From Pirellulales bacterium (GTDB lineage: Bacteria; Planctomycetota; Planctomycetia; Pirellulales; JAICIG01): a DNA stretch of 64,000 nt. A program made the translations under genes and the position numbers. The stretch lies in NCBI GenBank assembly GCA_963786255.1, contig CAWAYY010000013.1:198767-262766 (forward strand). Direction: 5' to 3'. The notes beneath the pieces are model-generated. The model made no database searches, had not been told where the DNA came from, and saw only the letters and a list, made by a program, of their open reading frames with translations. This document shows, piece after piece, positions 1 to 10,606 of this stretch (the first letter of the stretch is position 1; each line of letters opens with the position of its first letter).

Positions 1-394
1 AGCAGCGAAACGTGCAACATTGCCGAGAGAGTTAAGCTCATCATGGCTGACAGATTCTCCTTATCAGCAGGATCCTGGTCGAACAGGTAGCGTATCTGAC
101 CGGCCAGGGGGGCAAACGATCTCCGTACCGTGCGCGCCTTTCGGGGCGGCAGGCGAATGATCGAGGGCGGGAAAAAGGAGGTTGGAAACGCCCCAACGTG
201 CAAGGTCGCTTCGAAACTGATTTGAGCGGCGGTGCGCGATTCCTCCTTAACGCGTTCCATACGTGGCGGCCACGGGCAGCCTTCGTAGAGAGTGTCAGTC
301 TAACCGGGCAAAATGGAGATGCAATCACAAATTGGTCAAACTTTTCCGCTTCGGTCGCAAGTGCAAAATTTCTTTGGACTTCCACCGGAAGAAC

Positions 395-424
395 TTGAGA
401 CGCACCGCGTCGTAACGCTATAAT
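395..424 (+). promoter_or_regulatory. candidate sigma70-type promoter (TTGAGA-N18-TATAAT) upstream of the oxidoreductase gene
   Basis: TTGAGA at 395-400 and a perfect TATAAT at 419-424, 18-nt spacer, about 190 nt upstream of ATG 616. Motif match only. Confidence 0.3.
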
Positions 425-615
425 CCTGCCGCCGTCGCGGAGACCGCAGGGGCCAACTTTTCCGCCGGCGTTGGCCGGCCGTCGGTCGAGCCGCCTGTCA
501 CTCGCTTCGCCAAGCGCAGCCGCACGCCTGCCAATCCGGAAGGCTGTTTTCGTCCGTTTTGCCGCGTAACTAATCACCTCAACGCCGCTCAGGGCCTCGG
601 CTCGATCATTAGTCC

Positions 616-1624
616 ATGAAGCTTCGCGTCGGCCTTGTCGGCCTTGGTCAGAATTGGGAGCAACGCCATCGACCGGCGCTGCGCGCCTGGGAGACCGCTT
701 TGAGGTGACCGCCGTCTGCGACCAGATCGCCATGAGGGCGGAACACGCCGCGCGCGATTTCGGCGCTCAACCCGTCGAGGGCTTTCGGCGCTGGCCTGGC
801 GGCCTGACGTCGACGCTGTGCTGATGTTGGCGCCTCAGTGGTACGGTTACTTGCCGATTCTGGCCGCTTGCGACGCCGGCAAGGCCGTCTACTGCGCCAC
901 GAGTCTGGAAATCGACTTGGAAGAAGCGCGTCGCGTCCGGCAACGCGTTGAAGATGCGGGCATCGCTTTCATGAGCGAGTTTCCGCGGCGGCAATCGCCG
1001 GCCACGTTGCGTCTCAAGGAACTGATTGCGACTCGGCTGGGCGAGCCGAGATTGCTGTTCTGTCACATGCGGCGCCCGGCCGAGGAAACGCCCGGCAATG
1101 CGCCGCGGCCGAATCACACGTCGACGACCAGCGAATTGCTGGAGTTAATCGATTGGTGTTGCTATGTCGTTGGCCGCCGGCCGACCTCGGTCATGGGCTT
1201 GAAGCATTGCGGCGCCGACGGCTTGGACGATGACTACCACTGGATGAACCTCGATTTCTCCGAATCGGGGCCGCCGGGGAGCGGCTCGACCGCTCAGATC
1301 AGTTGCGGGCATTATATGCCCGCCAGTTGGCAGGAGGCCGTCGCGTTTCGCCCGCCCGCGGCGCTGCAAGTCGCATGTGAGCGTGGAATCGCTTTCGTCG
1401 ATCTGCCGGCTACCCTCGTCTGGTTTGATGAAGCGGGGCGCCATCAAGAGTCGCTGGAGAGCGAACGGCCGGTAGGCGAACAGTTGCTGAGTCAGTTTCA
1501 TCGCGCTGTTACGAGCTTGGTTCACAATCCCGCCGGGCTGGATGATTCTTACCGCGCCTTGACCATCGTGCTCGAAGCTCGCAACAGCCACAGCCAAGGC
1601 CGGCGAGTCAAACTCGACGTTTGA
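616..1624 (+). pseudogene. Gfo/Idh/MocA-family oxidoreductase, reading frame broken twice
   Basis: Rossmann-type start MKLRVGLVGLGQNW (ATG 616) hits TGA at 706-708. It continues in a second frame (LGDRFEVTAVCDQIAMRAEHAARDFGAQPVEGFR), then in ORF 818-1624 (PDVDAVLMLAPQWYGYLPILAACDAGKAVYCATSLE...). Breaks are near 686 and 787, both at short C/G runs. Confidence 0.7.
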
Positions 1625-1766
1625 ACTCGTTTCTCTGAAGCGGTTCCTCTGGAGCATCCGCGGTCTTGGCCACCCGTCCGCGGCGGGCTTGCGACTCGCC
1701 AAGAGGGGAGTTTTTGCGCGCTCGGCCGGACGCTCTAAATACGTCCCCTGAGCCAAGATACGAATA

Positions 1767-1808
1767 GTGTACAAACGCTATTGACTCTGTACACGCGTAT
1801 ATTATACT
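1767..1808 (+). promoter_or_regulatory. lexA promoter (TTGACT-N16-TATACT) overlapped by inverted repeat GTGTACA-N14-TGTACAC (candidate LexA operator)
   Basis: TTGACT at 1781-1786, TATACT at 1803-1808. GTGTACA at 1767-1773 is the exact reverse complement of TGTACAC at 1788-1794, which lies in the spacer. lexA ATG at 1859 is preceded by AAGGAAG. Confidence 0.4.
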
Positions 1809-1858
1809 TGGTGGGTAGGCAGATTTCCTGCGCGACCCCTTAGTAAGGAAGACCGGCC

Positions 1859-2462
1859 ATGGCCAACTTGGAACGACTCACAGAAAAGCAAAAGGCGGTC
1901 TACGAATTCATCCGCGAGAAGATTCGTCATCGCGGGTATGGGCCGACTGTGCGCGAGATCGGGTCGCACTTTGAGATCAGTTCGCCCAACGGCGTGATGT
2001 GCCATTTGAAAGCGCCTGGAAAAGAAGGGCCTGATCACGCGCGAGCCGAACATGTCTCGAGCCATCATGCTGGCCACGGAAAACCCGGATGGCAGCGGAG
2101 GCTTGCCGTTGGCCGGGCAGATTGCCGCAGGCGTGTTGCACGAGGCCGTCGAACAGGACGAGCGCATCGATTTTGGCGAAATGTTCCAGGCGGACGATCT
2201 GTTCGTATTGAAGGTCAAAGGCGACTCGATGATCGAAGACCAGATTGCCGACGGCGACTACGTGGTGATCCGCAAGCAGAATACGGCCCAGCGCGGCCAA
2301 ACCGTCGTGGCCTTGACCGACGAGAACGAGGCGACGCTCAAACGCTGGTATCCGGAGGGCAAACGCATTCGCCTGGAGCCGGCCAATTCCTCGATGGAGC
2401 CGATCTACGTGACCAATGCGAGCGTGTTAGGCGTCGTGGTGGGGGTGGTGCGGAAGATCTGA
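1859..2462 (+). CDS. lexA: LexA repressor (one frame break near 2015)
   Basis: ORF 1859 encodes the wHTH N-terminus (LTEKQKAVYEFIREKIRHRGYGPTVREIGSHFEISSPNGVMCHLKA). ORF 2052-2462 encodes the S24 domain with GDSM serine and TLKRW lysine motifs. The frames join as HLKA|LEKKGLITREPNMSRAI at GCGCCTGG (apparent extra C). Confidence 0.85.
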
Positions 2463-3218
2463 GTCGGGCAAAATCTCCAACTCGTACTCAGGCAGCCGTT
2501 GCGGAATGGGCAGCTCGACGACGAAGTGCGTGCCCCGCCCCGGTTTGCTTTGCACGGCGATGCGTCCGCCGTGCGCTTCGACGATCTTTCTGGCGGTCGG
2601 CAGGCCCAGGCCGGAACCCCCCGGCTTGGTTGAAAAAAAGGCGTCGAAAATATGCGCTCGCGTTTTCTCGTCCATGCCGCAGCCTTGATCGATCAAATGC
2701 AGCACGACGCTCCGCGCGGTGCTGTCGGTGGCGATCACCAACTGGCCCCCTTCCGGCATCGCCTGTTGGGCATTGAGCAGCAAGTTCAAAAGCACGCCCC
2801 GGAACGCTTCGCGGTCCAGCTTCACGCTGGGCAAGTCGGATCTCAGGTAAGGCAGCAACTCGATGCCCGACTCATCAGCCTTGGGCCGAAAGAATTCGAG
2901 TAGCTGCCGCAATTCTTCATTCAAATCGGCGGGTTCGAGCCGCAATTGGCGGACTTTGGCGAAGTTCAAAAATTCGTCCAGCAAATCCTGAAGGCGCTGG
3001 CACTCGCGCTGCACGACTTCGACCTTGGCCAGAGCGCGGCGCTGCCGCGGCGAGTCGTCCTGCTGCAGGTCTTCGGCCAGCAATTCCATGTTGAGGCGAA
3101 TCGTCGAGAGCGGGTTCTTGATCTCGTGCGCCAATCCGCCGGCCAGGCGGGCAATTTCCGTGTATTGGTCTACGAGTCGCTGGTTGACTTCGTCGGCGGA
3201 TGGTTGGTCGTCGTTCAT
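2427..3218 (-). CDS. sensor histidine kinase (HisKA + HATPase_c core, no obvious TM or sensor domain)
   Basis: Start taken at internal ATG 3218 (MNDDQPSADEV) of ORF 2427-3386. H-box LAHEIKNPLSTI, N-box LLNLLLNAQQAM, G-boxes DQGCGM and GGSGLGL. The 3' end overlaps lexA convergently by 36 bp. Confidence 0.8.
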   Translation of the reverse strand: MNDDQPSADEVNQRLVDQYTEIARLAGGLAHEIKNPLSTIRLNMELLAEDLQQDDSPRQRRALAKVEVVQRECQRLQDLLDEFLNFAKVRQLRLEPADLNEELRQLLEFFRPKADESGIELLPYLRSDLPSVKLDREAFRGVLLNLLLNAQQAMPEGGQLVIATDSTARSVVLHLIDQGCGMDEKTRAHIFDAFFSTKPGGSGLGLPTARKIVEAHGGRIAVQSKPGRGTHFVVELPIPQRLPEYELEILPDSDLPHHPHHDA

Positions 3219-3473
3219 TGCATTGAATCCTCGCGAATCTGAGCCCCGGCGTGCTCTCCGCGGGGCGAAATTTCTGCCAGCCCGGCGAGAGAACTCGCCG
3301 CTTGGCCGGCGTAACGGAAAACCCGGAGTCGTTCCTGACGCCAACGAAAATGCCCGGGGGACGGCGACTTTCCGCCCCTCGGGCAATTCTCGGTTTAATG
3401 TGCGTCTGGACCCTGCGCCGGACCATTATTGCATGGCGCCGGCTGAGCAGACCAGTCTTTCTGACGGAAGGGA

Positions 3474-5618
3474 TTAACCTTCCGAGCTGCTCTCAGCGGC
3501 CTCTGGACTACTGTCAGCGGACTCCGTTTCCGCCATTTCCCGCATGGCGACCTTGCGGCTCAGCTTGACCCGGTCCTGGTCGTCGATGGCGATCACCTTG
3601 ACCAGCATTTCGTCGCCGACCTTGCAAACGTCTGCGACGCTGTTGACGTAGCCGTCCGACAGTTCGCTGATGTGGCACAGGCCGTCCTTGCCGGGCAGGA
3701 TTTCGATGAACGCGCCGAAATCCTTGATGCTGGTGACGCGGCCTTCGTAGATCTTGCCGACTTTCACGCTTTCGGTCAGTGCTTCCACCTTGCGCATGGC
3801 CGCCTGCGCCGAAGCCGCGTCGTGGCTGGCCACCGTTACGGTGCCGTCGTCCTCGACCTCGATCACCGCCCCGGTCGACTCCTGGATGCCGCGAATCGTC
3901 TTGCCGCCCGGGCCGATCAGCAGGCCGATCTTCTCCGGGTTGATCTTGGTTCGCAGCAGCCGCGGCGCCCAGGCCGAAATTTCGCCGCGCGGACAGGGGA
4001 TGGCCGTCAGCATGGAGCGGAGGATTTGAATTCGCGCCTCGCGCGACTGGGTGAGCGTGGCGGAAATGATTTCCGGACTGATGCCGTTGATCTTCAGATC
4101 GAGTTGGATGCCCGTGATGCCGTTTTGAGTTCCGGCGATCTTGAAATCCATATCGCCGTAGTGGTCCTCGTCTCCGAGGATGTCAGTGAGCAAGGTCCAT
4201 TGGTCGTCGGCTTCTTTCACCAGACCGACCGAGATGCCGGCCACCGGGTTGCTGATCGGCACGCCGGCCGCCATCAGCCCGAGCGTGGCTCCGCAGACGC
4301 TGGCCATTGAACTGGAGCCGTTTGATTCCAGAATGTCGGAGATCACGCGGATCGTGTAGGGAAAGTCTTCGGGATCCGGCAGCACCGGCTTGACGCTGCG
4401 TTCGGCCAGGGCGCCATGGCCGATTTCTCGGCGTCCCGGGCCGCGAATTGGCCTGACTTCGCCGACGGAGAACGACGGGAAGTAGTAGTCGAGCATGAAC
4501 TTTTTCGAATATTCGTCAATCAGGCCGTCGACCCGTTGCTCGTCGCGGTTGGTGCCCAGCGTGATGGTGACCAAGGCTTGCGTCTCGCCGCGCTGAAACA
4601 CCGCCGAGCCATGGACGCGGGGCAGTACGTCTACCTCGCACTCGATCGGCCGCAGCGTTTTCCCGTCCCGCCCGTCGGGACGCGTGCCGCTGAGAATCAG
4701 GTCGCGGACGACCTTCTGCACCAAGTCATGCCACGCCTTGCCAAGCACGTTGGCGTCGAGGGCGCCTTCAGCCGCCGGGTCGGGGATCATTTCGCTCACG
4801 ACCCGCTCCTTCAACGCGGCTACCGCTTCGGCCCGCGCCTGCTTGCCCGCCGTCTGCTTGGCGGCTTTCAGCTCCGCGTAGTATTTGGAGGAGAGGGCGT
4901 CGTATGTTCCGTCCGCCGGCGGAATCTCGTACTCCTTTTTCTGCACGCCCACCTTCTCGAACAGTTCGAGCTGCAAGTCGCACAGTTCTTTAATCACGCG
5001 GTGGGCTTCTTCAATCGCCTCGAGCATGCGATCTTCGGGGATTTCGCGAGCGAAACCCTCGATCATCAGCACTGCGTCTTTGCTGCCGGAGACGATCAGG
5101 TCCAGGTCGCTCTCTTCCAGGTCGTCCTGGGTGGGGAACGGAACGAATTCGCCGTCGATCTGGCCCAGACGCACCGAAGCGATCGGACCGAGAAACGGCA
5201 AAGGCGAAAGGCCCAGGGCGGCCGAGGCCCCGTTCATGGCGAGCACATCGGCGTCGTTCTGCCGGTCGCTGGCCATCACGAAGGCCTGGATCTGCACTTC
5301 GTCGCGGAACCAGTCGGGAAACAACGGGCGGATCGGGCGGTCCATCAACCGCGCGGTCAGCGTTTCCTTCATCGTCGGGCGGCCTTCTCGCTTGAGAAAA
5401 CCGCCGGGAAACTTGCCGGCCGCCGCCGTTCGCTCGCGATAATCACAGGTGAGCGGAAAGAAGTCGATGCCGGCACGCGGGGCGCCGGAGGCGACCGCGT
5501 TGAGCACCACGGTTTCGCCATATTGGACCAAACAACTGCCAGCGGCTTGTTTGGCGAAGAATCCTGTTTCGATGGAAAGAGTGCTGGCTCCGATCTGCTT
5601 CTCGACACGTACTTTCAA
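3474..5618 (-). CDS. pnp: polyribonucleotide nucleotidyltransferase (PNPase)
   Basis: Intact 714-aa ORF with two RNase PH-like domains, KH (GPGGKTIRGI) and S1 (GRVTSIKDFGAFIEILPGKDGLCHISEL). TTG start at 5618. Downstream of rpsO as in most bacteria. Confidence 0.97.
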   Translation of the reverse strand: MKVRVEKQIGASTLSIETGFFAKQAAGSCLVQYGETVVLNAVASGAPRAGIDFFPLTCDYRERTAAAGKFPGGFLKREGRPTMKETLTARLMDRPIRPLFPDWFRDEVQIQAFVMASDRQNDADVLAMNGASAALGLSPLPFLGPIASVRLGQIDGEFVPFPTQDDLEESDLDLIVSGSKDAVLMIEGFAREIPEDRMLEAIEEAHRVIKELCDLQLELFEKVGVQKKEYEIPPADGTYDALSSKYYAELKAAKQTAGKQARAEAVAALKERVVSEMIPDPAAEGALDANVLGKAWHDLVQKVVRDLILSGTRPDGRDGKTLRPIECEVDVLPRVHGSAVFQRGETQALVTITLGTNRDEQRVDGLIDEYSKKFMLDYYFPSFSVGEVRPIRGPGRREIGHGALAERSVKPVLPDPEDFPYTIRVISDILESNGSSSMASVCGATLGLMAAGVPISNPVAGISVGLVKEADDQWTLLTDILGDEDHYGDMDFKIAGTQNGITGIQLDLKINGISPEIISATLTQSREARIQILRSMLTAIPCPRGEISAWAPRLLRTKINPEKIGLLIGPGGKTIRGIQESTGAVIEVEDDGTVTVASHDAASAQAAMRKVEALTESVKVGKIYEGRVTSIKDFGAFIEILPGKDGLCHISELSDGYVNSVADVCKVGDEMLVKVIAIDDQDRVKLSRKVAMREMAETESADSSPEAAESSSEG

Positions 5619-5848
5619 GGCTGGTTCCTACCTTTTTTCGCGTCCCAGCCAAGCTAGTCTTCAAGAGCGAAGGAAGAGCGCCATGTCGGCACTGTCGCGG
5701 CAACGGCATAGGCGCTGCCACGTTGTTCGCCGTAGCGTCAGGTTGCACCGACTGAGATTGCGCTGATCCAGGCGCTGATCTTCCCTGCCCGCTCCACGCC
5801 GATCTGGGTTCAGGAGCAGCGGCTCGGGCGTACCGGCGCCGAGAGAGA

Positions 5849-6118
5849 CTACTTGCGGATTTCAAGTCGCCGGATGATGTCGAGATACCGCTGCGGATTG
5901 ACCTTTTTCAGGTAATCGAGCAGGCGGCGACGCCGGCTGACCATCATCAACAGACCACGCCGACTGGCGAAATCCTTCTTGTGCGTCCGCAGGTGCTCGG
6001 TCAGCTCCCCGATCCTGGTAGTCAGGATCGCGATTTGGATTTCCGGCGACCCGGTGTCATTGTCACCGCGACGGAAGTCCCCGATAAGTTCCTGTTTTCG
6101 CGCTTTGGTAATAGTCAT
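5849..6118 (-). CDS. rpsO: 30S ribosomal protein S15
   Basis: 89-aa product from internal ATG 6118: [70 protein letters not shown]. The ORF track extends to 6151. Confidence 0.95.
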   Translation of the reverse strand: MTITKARKQELIGDFRRGDNDTGSPEIQIAILTTRIGELTEHLRTHKKDFASRRGLLMMVSRRRRLLDYLKKVNPQRYLDIIRRLEIRK

Positions 6119-6341
6119 CTGCGACCGCAATTCCCTCACGTCGGTCGGCAACCCCGAGACGGGCGATGCAGCGACCTCTTGACTAGCTTGCTGAGAGTCT
6201 ACCTACATATATGGTTTACAACGACTTAAGAAACAGAATGTAGCATTCCTTCAGTTATTTGCAACTACCAAACGGATCCTTTTTCCACTGCTTTGGCTTA
6301 TGCGCACGTTAAGCTGGCGAAGATCTGTCAGGAGGGAAAGC

Positions 6342-6380
6342 GAAAACCCCGGCATGGTTGAGACGCCGTGCCGGGGTCTT
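6342..6380 (-). terminator. hairpin terminator downstream of the desaturase gene
   Basis: CCCCGGCA (6347-6354) pairs with TGCCGGGG (6369-6376). On the minus strand the stem is followed by TTTTCGCTTT. Lies 30 nt past the stop at 6409. Confidence 0.45.
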
Positions 6381-6408
6381 TGGACGGAAGGCATGCAGAG
6401 ACGGCGGC

Positions 6409-7539
6409 TTAGGGCGACGTCTTGGCTGACGCGCGGCGTCGCGCCGGGACGTCGTGAACCACATCCCAGGCCAGGCCAACCTTCTCCATCAGCAGGATGG
6501 TGAGGTAAGTGATGTCGAATTCCCACCAGCTTATGCCCATGGCGGGCCATGCGTGGATACGCGTGGTGGTTGTTGTGCCAGCCTTCGCCGTAGGCCAGCA
6601 GCGCCGACCCACCAGATGTTGCGGCTGTCGTCGGTCGTCTCGTAATTGCGGTATCCCCATATGTGGCTGGCCGAGTTGACAAACCAGGTGACGTGCAGCA
6701 CGAAGACCAGACGCACGAACATGCCCCAAGCCACGAACGACGCTCCGGTGTACGCGTCCCAGCCCAGATAGCCGACGCTGAACAATGCGGCGGTCATCAG
6801 CAAGTGACTGGGCAGGAACATCTTGTCCAGCCACTGCATGGCTCGGTCTTTGGCCAGGTCGGGAGCGTATCGCCGATGCAGCTCGACGGCGTATTTGCCG
6901 CCGAAATTCGGCATGAACCACAGCATGTGGCTCCAGATGGCGCCGTCGCGCGGCGAGTGCGGGTCGCCCTCCTGGTCGCTGAATGCGTGGTGCTTGCGAT
7001 GGTTCGCTACCCAGTTGATCGCCGAGCCTTCCCCGGACAGCCCGCCGAGCAGGGCCAGCAGGAAACGAACCGGCCCGATAGGTCGGAAAACTGCCGTGAG
7101 TCAGATGTCGGTGGTAGCCCATGCAGACCCCAATGCCGCCGGTCAGCCAGTGCAGTACGGCCATCACCGCCACCGCTTTCCAGGTGAAAAAGAACGGCGC
7201 GGCGATCAATCCCAGGTGTGCGACGGCGATCCAGATGACGACCGGCCAGTCGAGCCCGTTCGCCCAAGGATCTTTCTGCGCGTCTTCCCAGGTCTGCTCG
7301 CTGTGAGCCGTGGCGTTGCCAGGGCTGACACTGCGGGAATCGGCGCCGCGGGAATCGGCGCCGCGGGAATCGGCACTGCCAGGCTGTTTGCTGCACAGAT
7401 CTTGATCACCCTCAGGGGACAAATCTTGATCGCCCTCAGGGGACAAAGTGCACGGTTCGTCTAAAACGGTAGCAGCCAAGGAATTTGCCTCGGCTGAGGT
7501 GGAATCAAGGTTCGCTAGATCGGAAGCCACGCGATTCAT
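6409..7539 (-). pseudogene. acyl-CoA (delta-9-type) fatty-acid desaturase, three frame breaks
   Basis: Histidine boxes lie in three frames: GYHRHLTH (ORF 6409-7539), HRKHHAFSDQEGDPHSP and [11 protein letters not shown] (ORF 6531-6926 frame), [12 protein letters not shown] (ORF 6251-6682 frame). It then returns to [23 protein letters not shown]. Breaks near 7078, 6610 and 6535. Confidence 0.8.
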
Positions 7540-7791
7540 CCTGCAGTTAGAGTTTCAGCTTTTCTGTTCGCTCCCCGTCTTGGGAGCGACCCGCCGGCGC
7601 CTTCACGTCGAAGGCTGCCGCGGAACACCCATGAGATTGTAAAGACGCGGCTGGTTTTAAGTGTCACTGGCGGGTCGAAGGCGTGTAAAAGATTCGTAAA
7701 ACTCCCTCGACGGGGTTTCGGCCGCCAAGGTCGCTGACCTGGCGGAACGCCCTGCTGAAACACGCGGCGGTCCGCCTGCAGAAGAGCGGCT

Positions 7792-8469
7792 TCACAGATG
7801 CAGCTCAAAGCACAGCGGCAGCAAACTCAGAATGGCCATCAATGCGAAAGCCGCGGGGCCAAGCCGGAAGGCGCTCAACAGGGTAAGCGTTGCCAGGCTC
7901 CACAGATAGTAGCCGACCAACAGCGACTCGGTATTGCCGATTGCCAGCGACCAGACGCCGACGGCGCAAACGCCCAAGACGGCTGCATAGTGCTGCCCTG
8001 CCCTTTCGCCCTGCTTCGTCCGCCACGCGGCCAACGGCGAGAGGGCCAGCAACAGGTTGCCTAGGTTCAGCACGGAGCAGTAAGCATAGGCCGACCAACT
8101 GGCATCCTGCGGTTGCTCGAGCATCTCGACCTGGGCGGCAGCGCAGGCGGCGGCGGATTCCCAGCCGACGAGCGAGTGGTTGGAACACCCTCGCATGGCA
8201 GGCAGGCATAAGCTCAGCCCAAGTAGCAGCCAGGCGCAGCGGGCAAGCCCCAGGCCGCGACGTTGAGGAAGCTGCCAGCGGCTGAGCGTTCCGCAAGCGT
8301 TGAGCGCGGAAACAGCTAGCCCGAAACACAACACCCCAACGCCAACTCCGCGCCAAGCCGCCAGGGCCGCGGTGCACGCCGCCCAGGTGGTCAGCGCAAA
8401 TACGGCTTGCAGGCTGAATTGCACGCCCGGATCATCCGGCCGTTTCTGTTGCCAGGCTTCGCGCATCAA
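7792..8469 (-). CDS. hypothetical multi-pass membrane protein
   Basis: 225-aa ORF with about 6 hydrophobic segments. No motif recognised. Overlapping alternative-frame ORFs look like GC shadows. Confidence 0.45.
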   Translation of the reverse strand: MMREAWQQKRPDDPGVQFSLQAVFALTTWAACTAALAAWRGVGVGVLCFGLAVSALNACGTLSRWQLPQRRGLGLARCAWLLLGLSLCLPAMRGCSNHSLVGWESAAACAAAQVEMLEQPQDASWSAYAYCSVLNLGNLLLALSPLAAWRTKQGERAGQHYAAVLGVCAVGVWSLAIGNTESLLVGYYLWSLATLTLLSAFRLGPAAFALMAILSLLPLCFELHL

Positions 8470-8714
8470 ACGGCGTCTCTCGCGTTGCGTATTGCGGCGT
8501 TCGGGCTCCGTGCGGACTGCTGCTTATGCCATTGGGCCGGCGCGAGACGCCGAATGCTGCACTCGGCCTCGCCGACGGACTTGTCCCTGAGAGCCGCCTG
8601 GTCGAGCGTTTATTCCCCAAGTGCGAAAAACCGTAGCCGAGGACGTGCGGGCCGAGTAGAGTAATGCCCCGGCGGCAAGTCCTTCCCTCCCAAGCCGTTT
8701 TGAGGCGCCCCGCA

Positions 8715-10433
8715 ATGAAATCCTTCGCCCCCTTTTTCGTTTGGGTGATCTGCATGGGAATCGTGTCATCGAGAACCGTGTTGGCCGCTGGCTACGACCG
8801 GCCGGCAGATAACCCGCATCAGAGTCGCTCCGCCGTCGTGGCGGCGCACGGCATCGTGGCGACCAGCCAGCCGCTGGCGGTGCAGGCGGGCTTGGACGTG
8901 CTGAAGCGAGGCGGAAACGCCGCCGATGCGGCCATTGCGGCCAACGCCATGATCGGTCTGGTCGAGCCGATGAGCTGCGGCATCGGCGGCGACCTGTTCG
9001 TCATCTATTGGGACGCCGCGACCAAAAAACTGTACGGCCTGAACGCCAGTGGCCGCAGCCCGTATGAGCTGTCTCGAGCGGTCTTCGCCGAGAAGGGGCT
9101 AAAGGAGATTCCCAACGACGGCCCTCTCTCCTGGTCCGTGCCCGGTTGCGTGGCGGGCTGGCACGATCTGCGGGAACGATTCGGCACGCTGCCGCTGGCC
9201 GAGTTGCTCGCACCCGCCATTCAAACGGCCGAGGACGGCTTTCCAGTCAGCGAGGTGATTGCCCACGATTGGAAGGCGTCGCAAGGGCGCCTGGCTCGCT
9301 GGGCCGACTCGGCTGCCACGTACTTGCCCGATGGGCGGGCGCCGGCCGAAGGAGAGGTATTCCGCAATCCGCGTTTGGCCGCCAGCTATCGGGCGATTGC
9401 CGTCGGCGGGCGCGACGCGTTCTATCGCGGCGAGATTGCCGAGAAGATCGTGGCCTTCAGCGAGAAGAACGGCGGCTACTTTTCGCTGCGAGACTTCGCG
9501 GATCATACAAACGACTGGGTCGAGCCGGTCGGCGTGAACTATCGCGGCTACGACGTTTGGGAACTGCCGCCCAACGGCCAAGGCATTGCCGCTCTGGAAA
9601 TGTTCAACCTGCTGGAAGGCTACGATCTGGCGGCCTTAGGGCCCGGCAATCCCGAGTATCTTCACTTGTTCGTCGAAGCCAAGAAGCTCGCCTTCGCCGA
9701 TCGGGCCAAGTTCTATAGCGACCCAGCCTTCAACCGTTTGCCGGTCGCCGAGTTGATCTCGAAGCCCTACGCCGAGCGGCGCCGCAAATTGATTGATCCA
9801 TTGCACGCCGCAACCGACATCCCGGCGGGCGATCCGAAGCTGCAGCGCGGCGACACGATCTACCTGGTCGTGGTCGACAAGGACCGCAATTGCTGCTCGT
9901 TCATTCAGAGCAACTATGCCGGGTTCGGTTCGCAGGTCGTGCCGGGCGACGTCGGCTTCGTGCTGCAGAATCGCGGAGCGTTGTTCGCGCTCGAGGCAGA
10001 TCATCTCAACCGACTCGAACCGCACAAGCGGCCGTTCCACACGATCATTCCGGCGATGGTCACCAAGGACGGCGAGCCTTGGCTGGCGTTTGGCGTGATG
10101 GGAGGCGACATGCAGCCTCAAGGGCACGTGCAAATGCTCGTCAACATGATCGACTTCGGCATGAACGTGCAGGCGGCCGGCGACGCCGCCCGCGTGCGTC
10201 ATTCCGGCAGCGCCACGCCGACCGGCTTGCCCGGCGATCCGGACGGCGGAACCGTGCTGGTCGAGTCGGGCATTTCCGACGAAGCAATCGCCGCGCTACG
10301 AGCCAAGGGGCATCGGGTCACGCGCGCCCGAGGCGGCTTTGGCGGCTACCAGGCGATCCGCATCGACCGCGAGCACGGCACGCTTGCCGGCGGCAGCGAT
10401 CCCCGCAAGGACGGCTGCGCGGCGGGGTATTGA
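8715..10433 (+). CDS. ggt: gamma-glutamyltransferase
   Basis: Intact ORF. Signal-like N-terminus MKSFAPFFVWVICMGIVSSRTVLA from ATG 8715 (alternative ATG 8664). GGT motifs: VATSQPLAVQAGLDVLKRGGNAADAAIA, autoprocessing-site context GDTIYLVVVD, GVMGGDMQPQGHVQ. Confidence 0.9.
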   Translation: MKSFAPFFVWVICMGIVSSRTVLAAGYDRPADNPHQSRSAVVAAHGIVATSQPLAVQAGLDVLKRGGNAADAAIAANAMIGLVEPMSCGIGGDLFVIYWDAATKKLYGLNASGRSPYELSRAVFAEKGLKEIPNDGPLSWSVPGCVAGWHDLRERFGTLPLAELLAPAIQTAEDGFPVSEVIAHDWKASQGRLARWADSAATYLPDGRAPAEGEVFRNPRLAASYRAIAVGGRDAFYRGEIAEKIVAFSEKNGGYFSLRDFADHTNDWVEPVGVNYRGYDVWELPPNGQGIAALEMFNLLEGYDLAALGPGNPEYLHLFVEAKKLAFADRAKFYSDPAFNRLPVAELISKPYAERRRKLIDPLHAATDIPAGDPKLQRGDTIYLVVVDKDRNCCSFIQSNYAGFGSQVVPGDVGFVLQNRGALFALEADHLNRLEPHKRPFHTIIPAMVTKDGEPWLAFGVMGGDMQPQGHVQMLVNMIDFGMNVQAAGDAARVRHSGSATPTGLPGDPDGGTVLVESGISDEAIAALRAKGHRVTRARGGFGGYQAIRIDREHGTLAGGSDPRKDGCAAGY

Positions 10434-10606
10434 ACGCGCAGGTTGCGATTCGTTGAACTTGCGAACTCGCCCGTTTTCTAAGATGATGGTATCAGCTTGT
10501 CGGTGCGCCAAGGCGGCTTTCCGCAGTTGCTCCTGCCGCTCGATATCTTCTAATTGCCCGCCGGCGCCAGGGGATTCCGGAGCGGGCTTGTCGAGTTGGA
10601 TCCAGA

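Noticed and set aside
41-733. 230-aa minus-strand ORF, and a possible edge-truncated minus-strand ORF starting at ATG 260 (MERVKEESRTAAQ...)
   Set aside because: Both are Arg/Pro-rich with no motif or convincing RBS. The first overlaps the oxidoreductase 5' end. There is not enough evidence to call a gene.
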